A stretch of DNA of 15,932 bases from Promethearchaeota archaeon (GCA_048939765.1 JBHLPF010000039.1:1-15932), one strand, 5' to 3'. Positions 7,745 to 15,684 are shown, counted from the first letter of the stretch. Notes: generated from the sequence alone by a model not told the origin. A program made the numbers and translations.

Positions 7745-8779
7745 TTTGCCTGGCTTGCCCAATTCTCCCTGTAAGGACACGTCCGCATCCAAGAGTTTCC
7801 TCGCTGCCCAGATATTGGTCTTGAGATGAGATGTGATTTCAGTCACTCCAATCCTACTCACTCCGTCAGCCAGGGCCAGATACGGAATCAACATGTCGCA
7901 GAGATGTGAGTCAACAGCCATTCCTGTAGACAGTTCCTTGAGAAGATGGTTCGCGCACTCGATACCAACATCTTCCGCTGGCTTTCCCTTTGCCCCTAGA
8001 CTGTCAGCACCAAGTCTGATTCCAGAAACAGACTCTGCCCAAATCACAATTCCACTACCTGGCCCGAGGTGTCTGTCCTCTTGCTTCTTGTATGACTCCT
8101 TCTCAATCAGCACGTCTATGATGCCACGTTCATTGAGCCTATCTCGCGCAGAGTTGGCCTGTCGTTCAGCTACATGAGGCGGCAGTCTGACACAGTGTGA
8201 AATGCCTCGTACCTCTTGGAGATTGCCAAACCTTTCTCGTTCTATTGGCTCTATCTTCTCCACCGGCGTTATTGTGCAGGTCACCTTACCACCCCCTCGA
8301 GGGAAGTGACCCCGTCGCGTCAATGAAATGTCAACGACTGGCCCCATAGTATGAAGAGTGTGTACAAACACATCGCGCATGTAATCAATTGGAGGACTCC
8401 AGGCCACATCAGTGCCCCCAATCAGGTCAAACTGCACCGGTTCAGGTGATAGGGCGGCGGTAGGCAAGGCCGCCTGAAGAATGAGCGAGATAGATCCCGC
8501 TGTTCCAACATCGTAACTGAAGCGACCCCCCTTTCTCTCGCGTGGCGTGAATTCGATCTGTGTGCTCCCTACCTCCAGACCCTTCACATCTGCCTTAACA
8601 AGTTGAGCCAAGACCTCGATGCCAGCCAGATGCTGCCGCTTCAAACCAGGTTTTGGACGGCCAGCACGAATATTGTCAATGCTCACCGGCTGCATAGTCA
8701 ACGCAGAGAGGGCAATTGATGTGCGGAGAATCTGGCCGCCACCTTCTCCAAACGCACCATCAATCTCAATCATCTCCAT
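7712..8779 (-). CDS. rtcA: RNA 3'-terminal phosphate cyclase
   Basis: IDGAFGEGGGQILRT, NIRAGRPKPGL..QH, TAGSISL, GGTDV.WSPP, RGHFPRGGG, D.H..D, adenylated His motif TSHLKTN; 33-nt convergent overlap with nog1. Confidence 0.95.
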   Translation of the reverse strand: MEMIEIDGAFGEGGGQILRTSIALSALTMQPVSIDNIRAGRPKPGLKRQHLAGIEVLAQLVKADVKGLEVGSTQIEFTPRERKGGRFSYDVGTAGSISLILQAALPTAALSPEPVQFDLIGGTDVAWSPPIDYMRDVFVHTLHTMGPVVDISLTRRGHFPRGGGKVTCTITPVEKIEPIERERFGNLQEVRGISHCVRLPPHVAERQANSARDRLNERGIIDVLIEKESYKKQEDRHLGPGSGIVIWAESVSGIRLGADSLGAKGKPAEDVGIECANHLLKELSTGMAVDSHLCDMLIPYLALADGVSRIGVTEITSHLKTNIWAARKLLDADVSLQGELGKPGKLVVSGTGLAL

Positions 8780-8841
8780 ACACCACGGATTTGGTAATTG
8801 TTTGGATTGTAAAGACTTCCGTTCTAGAGCAAGTGGCGAAT

Positions 8842-8850
8842 GCTTTTAAT
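8842..8850 (+). promoter_or_regulatory. Putative TATA box for nadM
   Basis: GCTTTTAAT about 30 nt before ATG 8880; GAGGT SD-like motif at 8871-8875. Confidence 0.45.
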
Positions 8851-8879
8851 GTCACAGACCCCGTCAGAATGAGGTCAAG

Positions 8880-9404
8880 ATGAGGTCTCTGTTCATTGGA
8901 CGCTTCCAACCGGTCCATAAGGGGCATGTCCATACTGCAAAGCAGATACTTGAGAAGGGAGAAGACCTAGTCATTGTGATTGGGAGCGCTCAGTACTCAC
9001 ACACGCCAAGCAATCCATTCACCGGTGGAGAGAGGGTCATGTTCATGAAACAGGCTCTCATAGAGGAGGGACATCCCCTCGACCGAATTGATATTGTTCC
9101 CTTGGCTGATATCAACATCCATCCTCTCTGGGTCGCACATCTCAAGAGTTTCGTCCCGTACTTCGATAAAGCTTACACTCACAATCCTTTGGTGGCTAGA
9201 CTTCTGAAGGATGCTGGCGTCGAGGTGGATGAAACAGAGCTTCTCGAGCGAAACACCTACAGTGCGAAACACATACGGGACCTTATCCGATGGAACAATC
9301 CAGAATGGGAGGTACTTGTGCCTCCAGTAGTTGCCAAACTGATTAAGGACCACAAGATGGACGAGCGTATACGTGAAATTGGTGAGGTCACCACTAAACG
9401 CTGA
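8880..9404 (+). CDS. nadM: Archaeal nicotinamide-mononucleotide adenylyltransferase
   Basis: LFIGRFQPVHKGH (HxGH), IGSAQYSH..NPFTGGER, W.AH, NPLV, WEVLVP. Confidence 0.93.
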   Translation: MRSLFIGRFQPVHKGHVHTAKQILEKGEDLVIVIGSAQYSHTPSNPFTGGERVMFMKQALIEEGHPLDRIDIVPLADINIHPLWVAHLKSFVPYFDKAYTHNPLVARLLKDAGVEVDETELLERNTYSAKHIRDLIRWNNPEWEVLVPPVVAKLIKDHKMDERIREIGEVTTKR

Positions 9405-9417
9405 TTCACACAGCAGA

Positions 9418-9445
9418 CTTTAAATACGGACCGAAAGTGACTTTC
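9418..9445 (+). promoter_or_regulatory. proS promoter: TATA box plus operator-like inverted repeat
   Basis: TTTAAATA at 9419-9426 followed by perfect inverted repeat GAAAGT-G-ACTTTC (9433-9445). Confidence 0.6.
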
Positions 9446-9540
9446 TGTTGGTGAACGTTAATGCTAGGTGAACGCGTTCCGAATCAATAGGATGTTAATT
9501 CTCTGTCCTAGCCAGCGCTCCGTAAACCAATCAGATCACA
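9437..9540 (+). ncRNA. Putative structured 5' leader (or small RNA) upstream of proS
   Basis: Nested pairings found by eye: GUGA/UCAC, UCUG/CAGA, UUGGU/ACCAA, GAACGUU/AGCGCUC, GCUAGG/CCUAGC; ends at the SD AGGAG (9540-9544). Confidence 0.4.
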
Positions 9541-9552
9541 GGAGTAGATACA

Positions 9553-11037
9553 ATGAGTAGTAATGATGAGAACAATGAATCGAAGCAAGCGATCTTCAAC
9601 ATAAGCAAGGAAGAGAACTTTCCTGACTGGTTTGGCGAGATATGCAAAGTTGCTGAACTCGCTGACATCCGGTACGGCGTCAAGGGCTTTACTCCGTTCC
9701 TTCCATGGAGCTACATGACCATGGATATCATGTTTGATTTCTATGAGGCAACCCTGAAACGCAAACGTCATCTACCTATGCTATTTCCGACTGTGATTCC
9801 TGAAGGCAGCCTCACAAAAGAGGCTGAGCATGTGGAGGGCTTTACACCTGCAGTGTTCTGGATTGGGGAGATTGGCGACGGCCAAGAGCTTGAGGAAAGA
9901 CTGGCTCTTAGGCCTACCAGTGAAACCGCGATCTATCCGCTGTACTCCCTCTGGATACGAAGTTGGCGCGATATGCCTCTGAAGAGGTATCAGAGATGCT
10001 CGGTGTTTCGGTCAGAGATAAAGAGCACACGTCCTTTCCTAAGGGGTCGCGAGTTCTTGTGGATTGAGAGCCATAATGTCTTTGCTACACATGAAGAGGT
10101 TATTGCACAAGTGATGGAGGACATCGAGACCACTAAGGAAGTGGTCACAGGCGACTATGGACTGCCAATAATGGTGTTCAAACGTACACAGTGGGACAAG
10201 TTTCCAGGTGGGCTGAACACATATGCGGCAGACACGCTGATGCCTGATGGAAAAGTCATCCAGTTACCATCCACACATGACCTAGGCGACAACTTTGCAA
10301 AAGCCTTCGATATCAAGTACTTGAACGAGAACAATGAAACAGTCTATGCATGGCAGACATGCTATGGTCCTGCCGTTTCCAGAATGTTCGGTGCTCTGAT
10401 ATCTGTTCATGGTGATGACAAAGGACTGCGCCTACCCTTCAAACTAGCTCCCTACCAAGTCGTCATCATTCCCATCATCAAGGGGAAGAATGCAGATGCA
10501 ATTCTTGAGTACTGTGGGAAGATTCAGCAGACTCTCGAAAAGGCTGGAATTAGGGTTCATTTGGATGATTCTGACGCCACTCCCGGCTGGAAATATAACT
10601 ACTGGGAGATGAAAGGTGTACCTATCCGGATTGAAGCAGGGCCAAGGGACATCAAAAAGGATCAGGTGGTTGTGTTTCGTAGAGACCTTATGAAACGTGA
10701 ATCTGTGGCTTTGAAAGGCCTCAAGAAACACGTCAAGGCCTTGGGCAAAGACATTGACGGGACTCTGAAAGCACAGGCTGAGGCCAAGTTCGATGGACTC
10801 GTAGTTGATGCTGATACGATCGGTCAGATTGATGATGCCATGAACAACGGCAAGATTGCCCGTATCCCATTCTGTACCACGGAAATGGAGGGGCTGAGCT
10901 GTGACGAGGAGATCAAGGACAAGACTGGTGGAGAGATCCGCGGGACACGGATAGACATCGACGAAAAGGCAGAAGGAGTCTGTGTTGTCTGCGGAAAAGT
11001 CGCCCAAGCAGTGGTCTACGTCGCCCGATCTTACTAA
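9553..11037 (+). CDS. proS: Proline--tRNA ligase, archaeal/eukaryotic type
   Basis: KEAEHVEGF, LALRPTSET, SWRDMP, motif 2 FRSE..TRPFLRGREFLWIESH, QTCYG, HGDDKGL, anticodon domain PGWKYNYWEMKGVP.RIE.G.RD, C-terminal Cys cluster and ARSY end. Confidence 0.97.
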   Translation: MSSNDENNESKQAIFNISKEENFPDWFGEICKVAELADIRYGVKGFTPFLPWSYMTMDIMFDFYEATLKRKRHLPMLFPTVIPEGSLTKEAEHVEGFTPAVFWIGEIGDGQELEERLALRPTSETAIYPLYSLWIRSWRDMPLKRYQRCSVFRSEIKSTRPFLRGREFLWIESHNVFATHEEVIAQVMEDIETTKEVVTGDYGLPIMVFKRTQWDKFPGGLNTYAADTLMPDGKVIQLPSTHDLGDNFAKAFDIKYLNENNETVYAWQTCYGPAVSRMFGALISVHGDDKGLRLPFKLAPYQVVIIPIIKGKNADAILEYCGKIQQTLEKAGIRVHLDDSDATPGWKYNYWEMKGVPIRIEAGPRDIKKDQVVVFRRDLMKRESVALKGLKKHVKALGKDIDGTLKAQAEAKFDGLVVDADTIGQIDDAMNNGKIARIPFCTTEMEGLSCDEEIKDKTGGEIRGTRIDIDEKAEGVCVVCGKVAQAVVYVARSY

Positions 11038-11042
11038 TTTTG

Positions 11043-11082
11043 AGTTCTGGACCTAGCAATAGGTCCAGACTGTATCCTTTTT
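11043..11082 (+). terminator. Hairpin after proS (terminator or processing stem)
   Basis: Perfect 10-bp stem TCTGGACCTA-GCAA-TAGGTCCAGA (11046-11069) with GNRA loop, 8 nt after the stop, followed by CCTTTTT. Confidence 0.6.
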
Positions 11083-11120
11083 CAATACGTTATCCATTCG
11101 AGTATGTCAAGGTGGTTTCG

Positions 11121-12107
11121 TTGAAAGTTCTGGTTCTCTACACCGAAGAGTTGGCTAATGCAATCCAGGAGACTCTAGGAGACAAGGCTGTTGTTGTTCG
11201 TTCGGAGAGGACTGTCGAATCAATGCTTGAGCATGCTCGAGATGCAGACATTGTGGTTTCCGGTAGAGTCGCAGCTGACTATATCCGCGAGGCTCCAAAT
11301 CTGAAGATGATTCAAGCCCTAGGTGCTGGAATCGATAAGATTGACCGTCAAGCCGTTCTAGACAGAGGTGATATCATTGTCTGCAACAACCACATGAATG
11401 CGATGGAGGTTGCGGAATACGCTATTATGTTGCTCCTTGCAGCGGCAAAGAACATCATACTTAGTGACAGGGAGCTCCGAAAAGGTGATTGGATCTTTGG
11501 TTTTGGTGGACCAAATCCCAATGTAGAGATTCGAAACAAGACCTGTCTGATTATGGGGTTGGGCAACATTGGTGCTGAGATTGCGAAGCGGTTGAGAGGC
11601 TTTGATCTCGAATTGAGGGCAGTAACGCGAAGCGGGGAAAGCCCTAACGCAGATCTTGTTGACAGCATAACTAGTCTGAAAGAGATGAAGCCCTATGTGC
11701 AAGATGCTGACTTCATCATTCTTTCATTGCCACTCACCCATGAGTCCCGCGGCATCATTGACGGTGAGGTCATCTCTTGGATGAAATCGTCTGCGATTCT
11801 CGTGAATGTATCCCGGGGGGAGATAGTGGATGAGGCTGCACTCTACCAGGCCTTGAAAGATAGGCAGATTCAAGCTGCTGGACTAGATGTCTGGTGGAAC
11901 TACCCTCAATGGGGTAAGCCAGACATGAAGATGCCTTCCCTCAACTTCCCCTATCACGAGCTGGACAATGTCGTCATGTCACCACATCGCGCGGCATACT
12001 CTCTGAACACCCGGCAAGCTCATCTTGATTTCATTAGAGAAAACGTTCTACGATTTGTTTGTGGAGAGCGCCCTCTCAACATAGTGGACATGGATCTAGG
12101 ATACTGA
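11121..12107 (+). CDS. D-isomer-specific 2-hydroxyacid dehydrogenase family protein
   Basis: GAGIDKID, VAEYA, Rossmann GLGNIG, LPLT.ES.G.I, NVSRG, AGLDVWW, SPHRA. Start TTG 11121 after SD AGGTGGT rather than 11040. Confidence 0.92.
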   Translation: MKVLVLYTEELANAIQETLGDKAVVVRSERTVESMLEHARDADIVVSGRVAADYIREAPNLKMIQALGAGIDKIDRQAVLDRGDIIVCNNHMNAMEVAEYAIMLLLAAAKNIILSDRELRKGDWIFGFGGPNPNVEIRNKTCLIMGLGNIGAEIAKRLRGFDLELRAVTRSGESPNADLVDSITSLKEMKPYVQDADFIILSLPLTHESRGIIDGEVISWMKSSAILVNVSRGEIVDEAALYQALKDRQIQAAGLDVWWNYPQWGKPDMKMPSLNFPYHELDNVVMSPHRAAYSLNTRQAHLDFIRENVLRFVCGERPLNIVDMDLGY

Positions 12108-12293
12108 CCGCGCCAAATCTACAGTTTTGCAGGTGCTTTTCAATGAAAATGCAGACGGAAAACTAGGAGTAAGCTCCATCGAAATTGCGTCATCTAATAG
12201 ATATCGCCAGAGAGGTGCCTCATAATGACGGAGAGTCAGGTCTTTAAGGAGTATCTCAAAGCAGACAACAACTGCGACACAGGGGATACGAGA

Positions 12294-14492
12294 GTGAGTC
12301 TAGAGAGTCTTTCAGACATTCCAGGAGTCGGCGAGAAGGTCAAAAAAGCCCTGGTTGACCATTTTGGAAGCGAGGCGGTAGCCCTCAAGGTAGTCACAGA
12401 TTCACGTGTTGATCTAATTGCAGCTGTACCCGGAATCGGAAGCAGACAAGCAGTAAATATCGTGAAGGCAGCTTTTGAGGTTCAGTTTGGTGCGAGTGCC
12501 AACATGATACTTCGTAGCACAGATGTAAGGAAGATCTACGACTCGGTCGTGGGAATAATCCGCGGCTATACCAATACAGGTTACGCGCGGGACAAGCTTA
12601 TCCTCTACTTTCCTCTCCCTCCGGACAAGATTGATGTCATTAAGGAGCGCCAGAAGTACTTCTCAGATGCTATCGATATGGCCTCTAGGTTGAAAGACGA
12701 ACAGAAAGACATGCTGAAGACAAATCTAGCTCAGGTTCGTGGTCTCTATAGGCGAGTAAAGCCCCGCCGACTCGAAGGCAGAGTGATAATCACCAATGAT
12801 GACAAGGTGTTTGACACACTTGTGGCCGAAGGAGTTGACAGATGGTGTCCTGTCTATGTCCTCTCAGAGGGTGAGAACGCCGCTGACTATGCAAAAGGGT
12901 ATGATCTTGTCCTCTTCATATCGCCACTTGGTGTGTATGATGATTCAGTAGACTTACTTGATAATGTAGAGATCTTAGGAAAGGACTGGACACTTGATGA
13001 TGTGCTCCCAGAGCGAACCATTGGTTTCTATTCAAGAAACTATAGGGTAATTGACGCATCATCTAATCTTGCCAGCGTATTTGATGCAATACCTTCCAAT
13101 GAGTCCGTGGAGGAGTTTGTTAAGAGCCTAGACATGGACAGTCTGAAAGAGGCTGGAGAGATTCTAAAGAACATCAATGAGGATGGTGATCTAGCAGAGG
13201 GCATCGATCCCGAACTGGACAGATACAGAAAGGCTGTGAAAGTCTTTCCCACTGCAATTGCTGAAACCGAGGCTTGGTTGAATGAGGAGATAAAGGGCAG
13301 AGTTGCAAAAAGTGAGGTCACACTGGGAGGCGAGCAGATCATTAACATTCTTCAGTCTGCAGACATGGAAGGGGCTGAAGGCAGCGCTCTCAGAAACATG
13401 CTGCCCGCAGAAATCGTCGAAATGTTCACCACCGTTGTTCAGGAGGCTGAAGACAGACTTGTCGAAGAGCTCGGTCTGAACATGAAAGAGGCTGACTGGG
13501 TCACTGGCGTGATCAGCGAAGAGATATCTCTCCCGGTAAAGACTATTCCCATTCAAATAAACGATCTTGAGGACCGTCTAAGAAGACTGTTTGCAGACCG
13601 TCAGTTTGGATTGATCAAGAAAGTTGCAGGGCAGCTGGAGAAGCTGACTCCTGCCGTAACCGAGGCAGTCCAGACATTACTGGAGTATGATCTGTTCCTT
13701 GCAGTGGGGCTGTTCGGTGTTGATTACAAGCTCACCACTCCAAAGATTGGCTCTGAGTACAAGGGTGTGGGTGTTAAGGCAGCAAGGAACATGTTCTTAG
13801 CTGAGAGCGAGTTCAAAGGAAAGCATGGCAAGGTCCAACCCATCGACTACGCCATAGGCGACACTCCGATCAAGCCAACTGGAACACATGACGAGAATTG
13901 TGCTATCCTCTCAGGAGCAAATAGTGGTGGAAAGACCACTACAATCCAGACACTGGCTCAAATTGTCACCATGGCCCAGGCCGGACTTCCCGTTCCTGCA
14001 GAGGAGATCTACATGCCTGCCTTTGAGGAGATTTACTTCTTCTACAAGAGCCGTGGAATGGTCAGTGCTGGCGCTTTTGAAGCAACGCTGAAGCAGTTTG
14101 CTGAGATTGTGACGTCAGAGAAGTCCAAGCTCGCTCTGTTTGATGAGGTGGAAGCCATTACAGAGCCCGGCAGTGCAGCGAATGTCATCGCAGGCTTGAT
14201 TGAGATTCTACAAAAGGACTCCAAGAGCTGCACCGTACTCTGCAGCCACCTTGCTAGGGAGATAAAGGAAGTCACAGAGGTCCCTGTACGAATCGATGGC
14301 ATTGAGGCACAAGGTCTAGACGAAAACCTAGAGCTTGTGGTTGATAGAACGCCTCGGTTTGGGTATCTGGCACGGAGCACTCCTGAACTTATTGTTGAGC
14401 GGCTCACGAAACTCTCTAAGGGCAGAAAGAGGGAAGTCTACGCTACGATTCTTGAGAACCTGACTGGTTCCCGTGGTGACATCCAGAGTTGA
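12294..14492 (+). CDS. Archaeal MutS-like ATPase (MutS domain V) with N-terminal helix-hairpin-helix; no recognisable mismatch or Smr domain
   Basis: HhH motifs IPGVG and VPGIG; Walker A GANSGGKT, AQAGLPVPA, AGAFE, Walker B LALFDEVEAITEPG, SH. Start GTG 12294 (TATA-like TTTAAG 12243-12248, SD-like AGGGGA) preferred over 12225. Confidence 0.88.
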   Translation: MSLESLSDIPGVGEKVKKALVDHFGSEAVALKVVTDSRVDLIAAVPGIGSRQAVNIVKAAFEVQFGASANMILRSTDVRKIYDSVVGIIRGYTNTGYARDKLILYFPLPPDKIDVIKERQKYFSDAIDMASRLKDEQKDMLKTNLAQVRGLYRRVKPRRLEGRVIITNDDKVFDTLVAEGVDRWCPVYVLSEGENAADYAKGYDLVLFISPLGVYDDSVDLLDNVEILGKDWTLDDVLPERTIGFYSRNYRVIDASSNLASVFDAIPSNESVEEFVKSLDMDSLKEAGEILKNINEDGDLAEGIDPELDRYRKAVKVFPTAIAETEAWLNEEIKGRVAKSEVTLGGEQIINILQSADMEGAEGSALRNMLPAEIVEMFTTVVQEAEDRLVEELGLNMKEADWVTGVISEEISLPVKTIPIQINDLEDRLRRLFADRQFGLIKKVAGQLEKLTPAVTEAVQTLLEYDLFLAVGLFGVDYKLTTPKIGSEYKGVGVKAARNMFLAESEFKGKHGKVQPIDYAIGDTPIKPTGTHDENCAILSGANSGGKTTTIQTLAQIVTMAQAGLPVPAEEIYMPAFEEIYFFYKSRGMVSAGAFEATLKQFAEIVTSEKSKLALFDEVEAITEPGSAANVIAGLIEILQKDSKSCTVLCSHLAREIKEVTEVPVRIDGIEAQGLDENLELVVDRTPRFGYLARSTPELIVERLTKLSKGRKREVYATILENLTGSRGDIQS

Positions 14493-15061
14493 AGCGCATT
14501 CTTGTATTTGGCGACGCACACATCCCATCCCGAAGGGACTCGATTCCTGCCTCATTCTATAGTCACATTGAGCGTGCCGATTATGATCTAGCTCTAGTCA
14601 CAGGAGATCTTGTACGTGAAACCGAAATGAGGGCTGCATTGCCAGCTCTGCCCTCATGCCATATAGTCCAAGGTAACATGGACTATGGAAGCGGATTTGA
14701 CTTTCACAAACAGGTTCAGATTGACGATTTCAGTATCCTTCTCATTCATGGTACTCAGCTCCGTCCTCGTGGCAACATTAAGCAGCTTGGAGAGATAGTC
14801 ATGAATGTCAATGCGAACGTTGGCATTCACGGTCACACTCATACTCCTGCCATCGATCTACAGTTTGGCCGACTCTTTCTAAATCCTGGAACCATCTCAG
14901 GTGCAACAGGGGGCTGGGCCGGAAGGGTTGATGCAAGCTTCATGGAGTTGGAGATATCGGGCTCCCAAATGACAGTAGTCCTGCACTTGACTGACTGGCA
15001 AGTTACAAAGCAGTCAAGTCTTAGATTTGGTAAAGAGAATGAAGAGATTGTTCGTTGCTAA
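14489..15061 (+). CDS. Vps29/YfcE/MJ0936-family metallophosphoesterase
   Basis: GDAHIP.R, TGDL, GNMD, IHG.Q..P.G, GHTH, NPGTISGA, SF; start TTG overlaps the MutS-like stop (TTGA). Confidence 0.92.
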   Translation: MKRILVFGDAHIPSRRDSIPASFYSHIERADYDLALVTGDLVRETEMRAALPALPSCHIVQGNMDYGSGFDFHKQVQIDDFSILLIHGTQLRPRGNIKQLGEIVMNVNANVGIHGHTHTPAIDLQFGRLFLNPGTISGATGGWAGRVDASFMELEISGSQMTVVLHLTDWQVTKQSSLRFGKENEEIVRC

Positions 15062-15684
15062 CCATTGCCCCATGGATCTGGATTGAGAAGACGCAGGAAG
15101 ATACGCTTGATGACGTTGGTACCCCCTGCCATAGCCAACTTGGTCACTTTGATTCTGACATCAGAAAATCGAGATTCATCCAGGTCTGTTGCCTTCGCAA
15201 CACCAAACATTCGGAATAGGTCAATCGCGTCAAGGCCCGAAACGTAGGCTCTTAGATCTGGCATTGCGGCGCGAATGTCTTCCAGTGGATCGATGTCCCT
15301 AGTGAACTTGACCTTTGCAAAGAACATGGCTAGGGTCTTCTTTACAAGCTTGTCCTCTGGGCCTTCAGACTCCATTTTAGTTACCAGTCCAAGTGATCCT
15401 GTTCTCAATTTTGTGGATATTATGTCCTGAACCTCTTCTGCTAAACTTCGGTTCTGACCAACAGCAATTCCTACATTGATCATGAGCATCCGGATTCGGT
15501 CCAGTAGGATTCCTATCGAGGTTCCAACGATAGACTTCCCCCTCATAACAGCTTGCCACTCATAGAAGGCATCGTTTATTTCATGAAGTCCCTTGCGCTG
15601 ACTAGAGAGCCTCTTCAGGTCCTCCTCTGGGATTATTGGGCACCAAACCGTCACTGGGCCACTGTCAGACTCCGGGAGATTCAT
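15058..15684 (-). CDS. Hypothetical protein, predicted mostly alpha-helical
   Basis: 208-aa ORF filling the gap, protein-like composition, 4-nt convergent overlap with the Vps29-like gene; no motif recognised. Confidence 0.75.
   Translation of the reverse strand: MNLPESDSGPVTVWCPIIPEEDLKRLSSQRKGLHEINDAFYEWQAVMRGKSIVGTSIGILLDRIRMLMINVGIAVGQNRSLAEEVQDIISTKLRTGSLGLVTKMESEGPEDKLVKKTLAMFFAKVKFTRDIDPLEDIRAAMPDLRAYVSGLDAIDLFRMFGVAKATDLDESRFSDVRIKVTKLAMAGGTNVIKRIFLRLLNPDPWGNG

Noticed and set aside
9449-9529. tRNA gene or canonical T-box (T-loop-like GTTCCGAATC, terminal ACCA)
   Set aside because: No cloverleaf with correct arm order; no UGGNACC antiterminator or AG-box in T-box order.
9444-9543. 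Canonical H/ACA guide RNA (hairpin followed by ACA at 9538-9540)
   Set aside because: Pocket-to-ACA spacing does not fit about 14-16 nt and there is no convincing K-turn; kept only as an alternative for the leader.
10444-11007. 187-aa antisense ORF in proS and similar shadow ORFs (5812-6273, 6884-7315, 8997-9353, 13191-13556, 14042-14407 and others)
   Set aside because: Nested in or largely overlapping well-supported genes on the opposite strand, with no motifs and atypical composition.
11040-11120. ORF-track upstream starts for the dehydrogenase (11040), MutS-like gene (12225), taw1 (4697) and pcm (1603)
   Set aside because: The extensions cross hairpin or promoter-like sequence; downstream starts fit SD or TATA spacing and family N-termini better.
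12105-12165. Selenocysteine readthrough of the dehydrogenase TGA with a downstream SECIS
   Set aside because: The TGA falls at the normal family C-terminus (D..LGY), another TGA follows 13 codons later, and no proper SECIS core is present.
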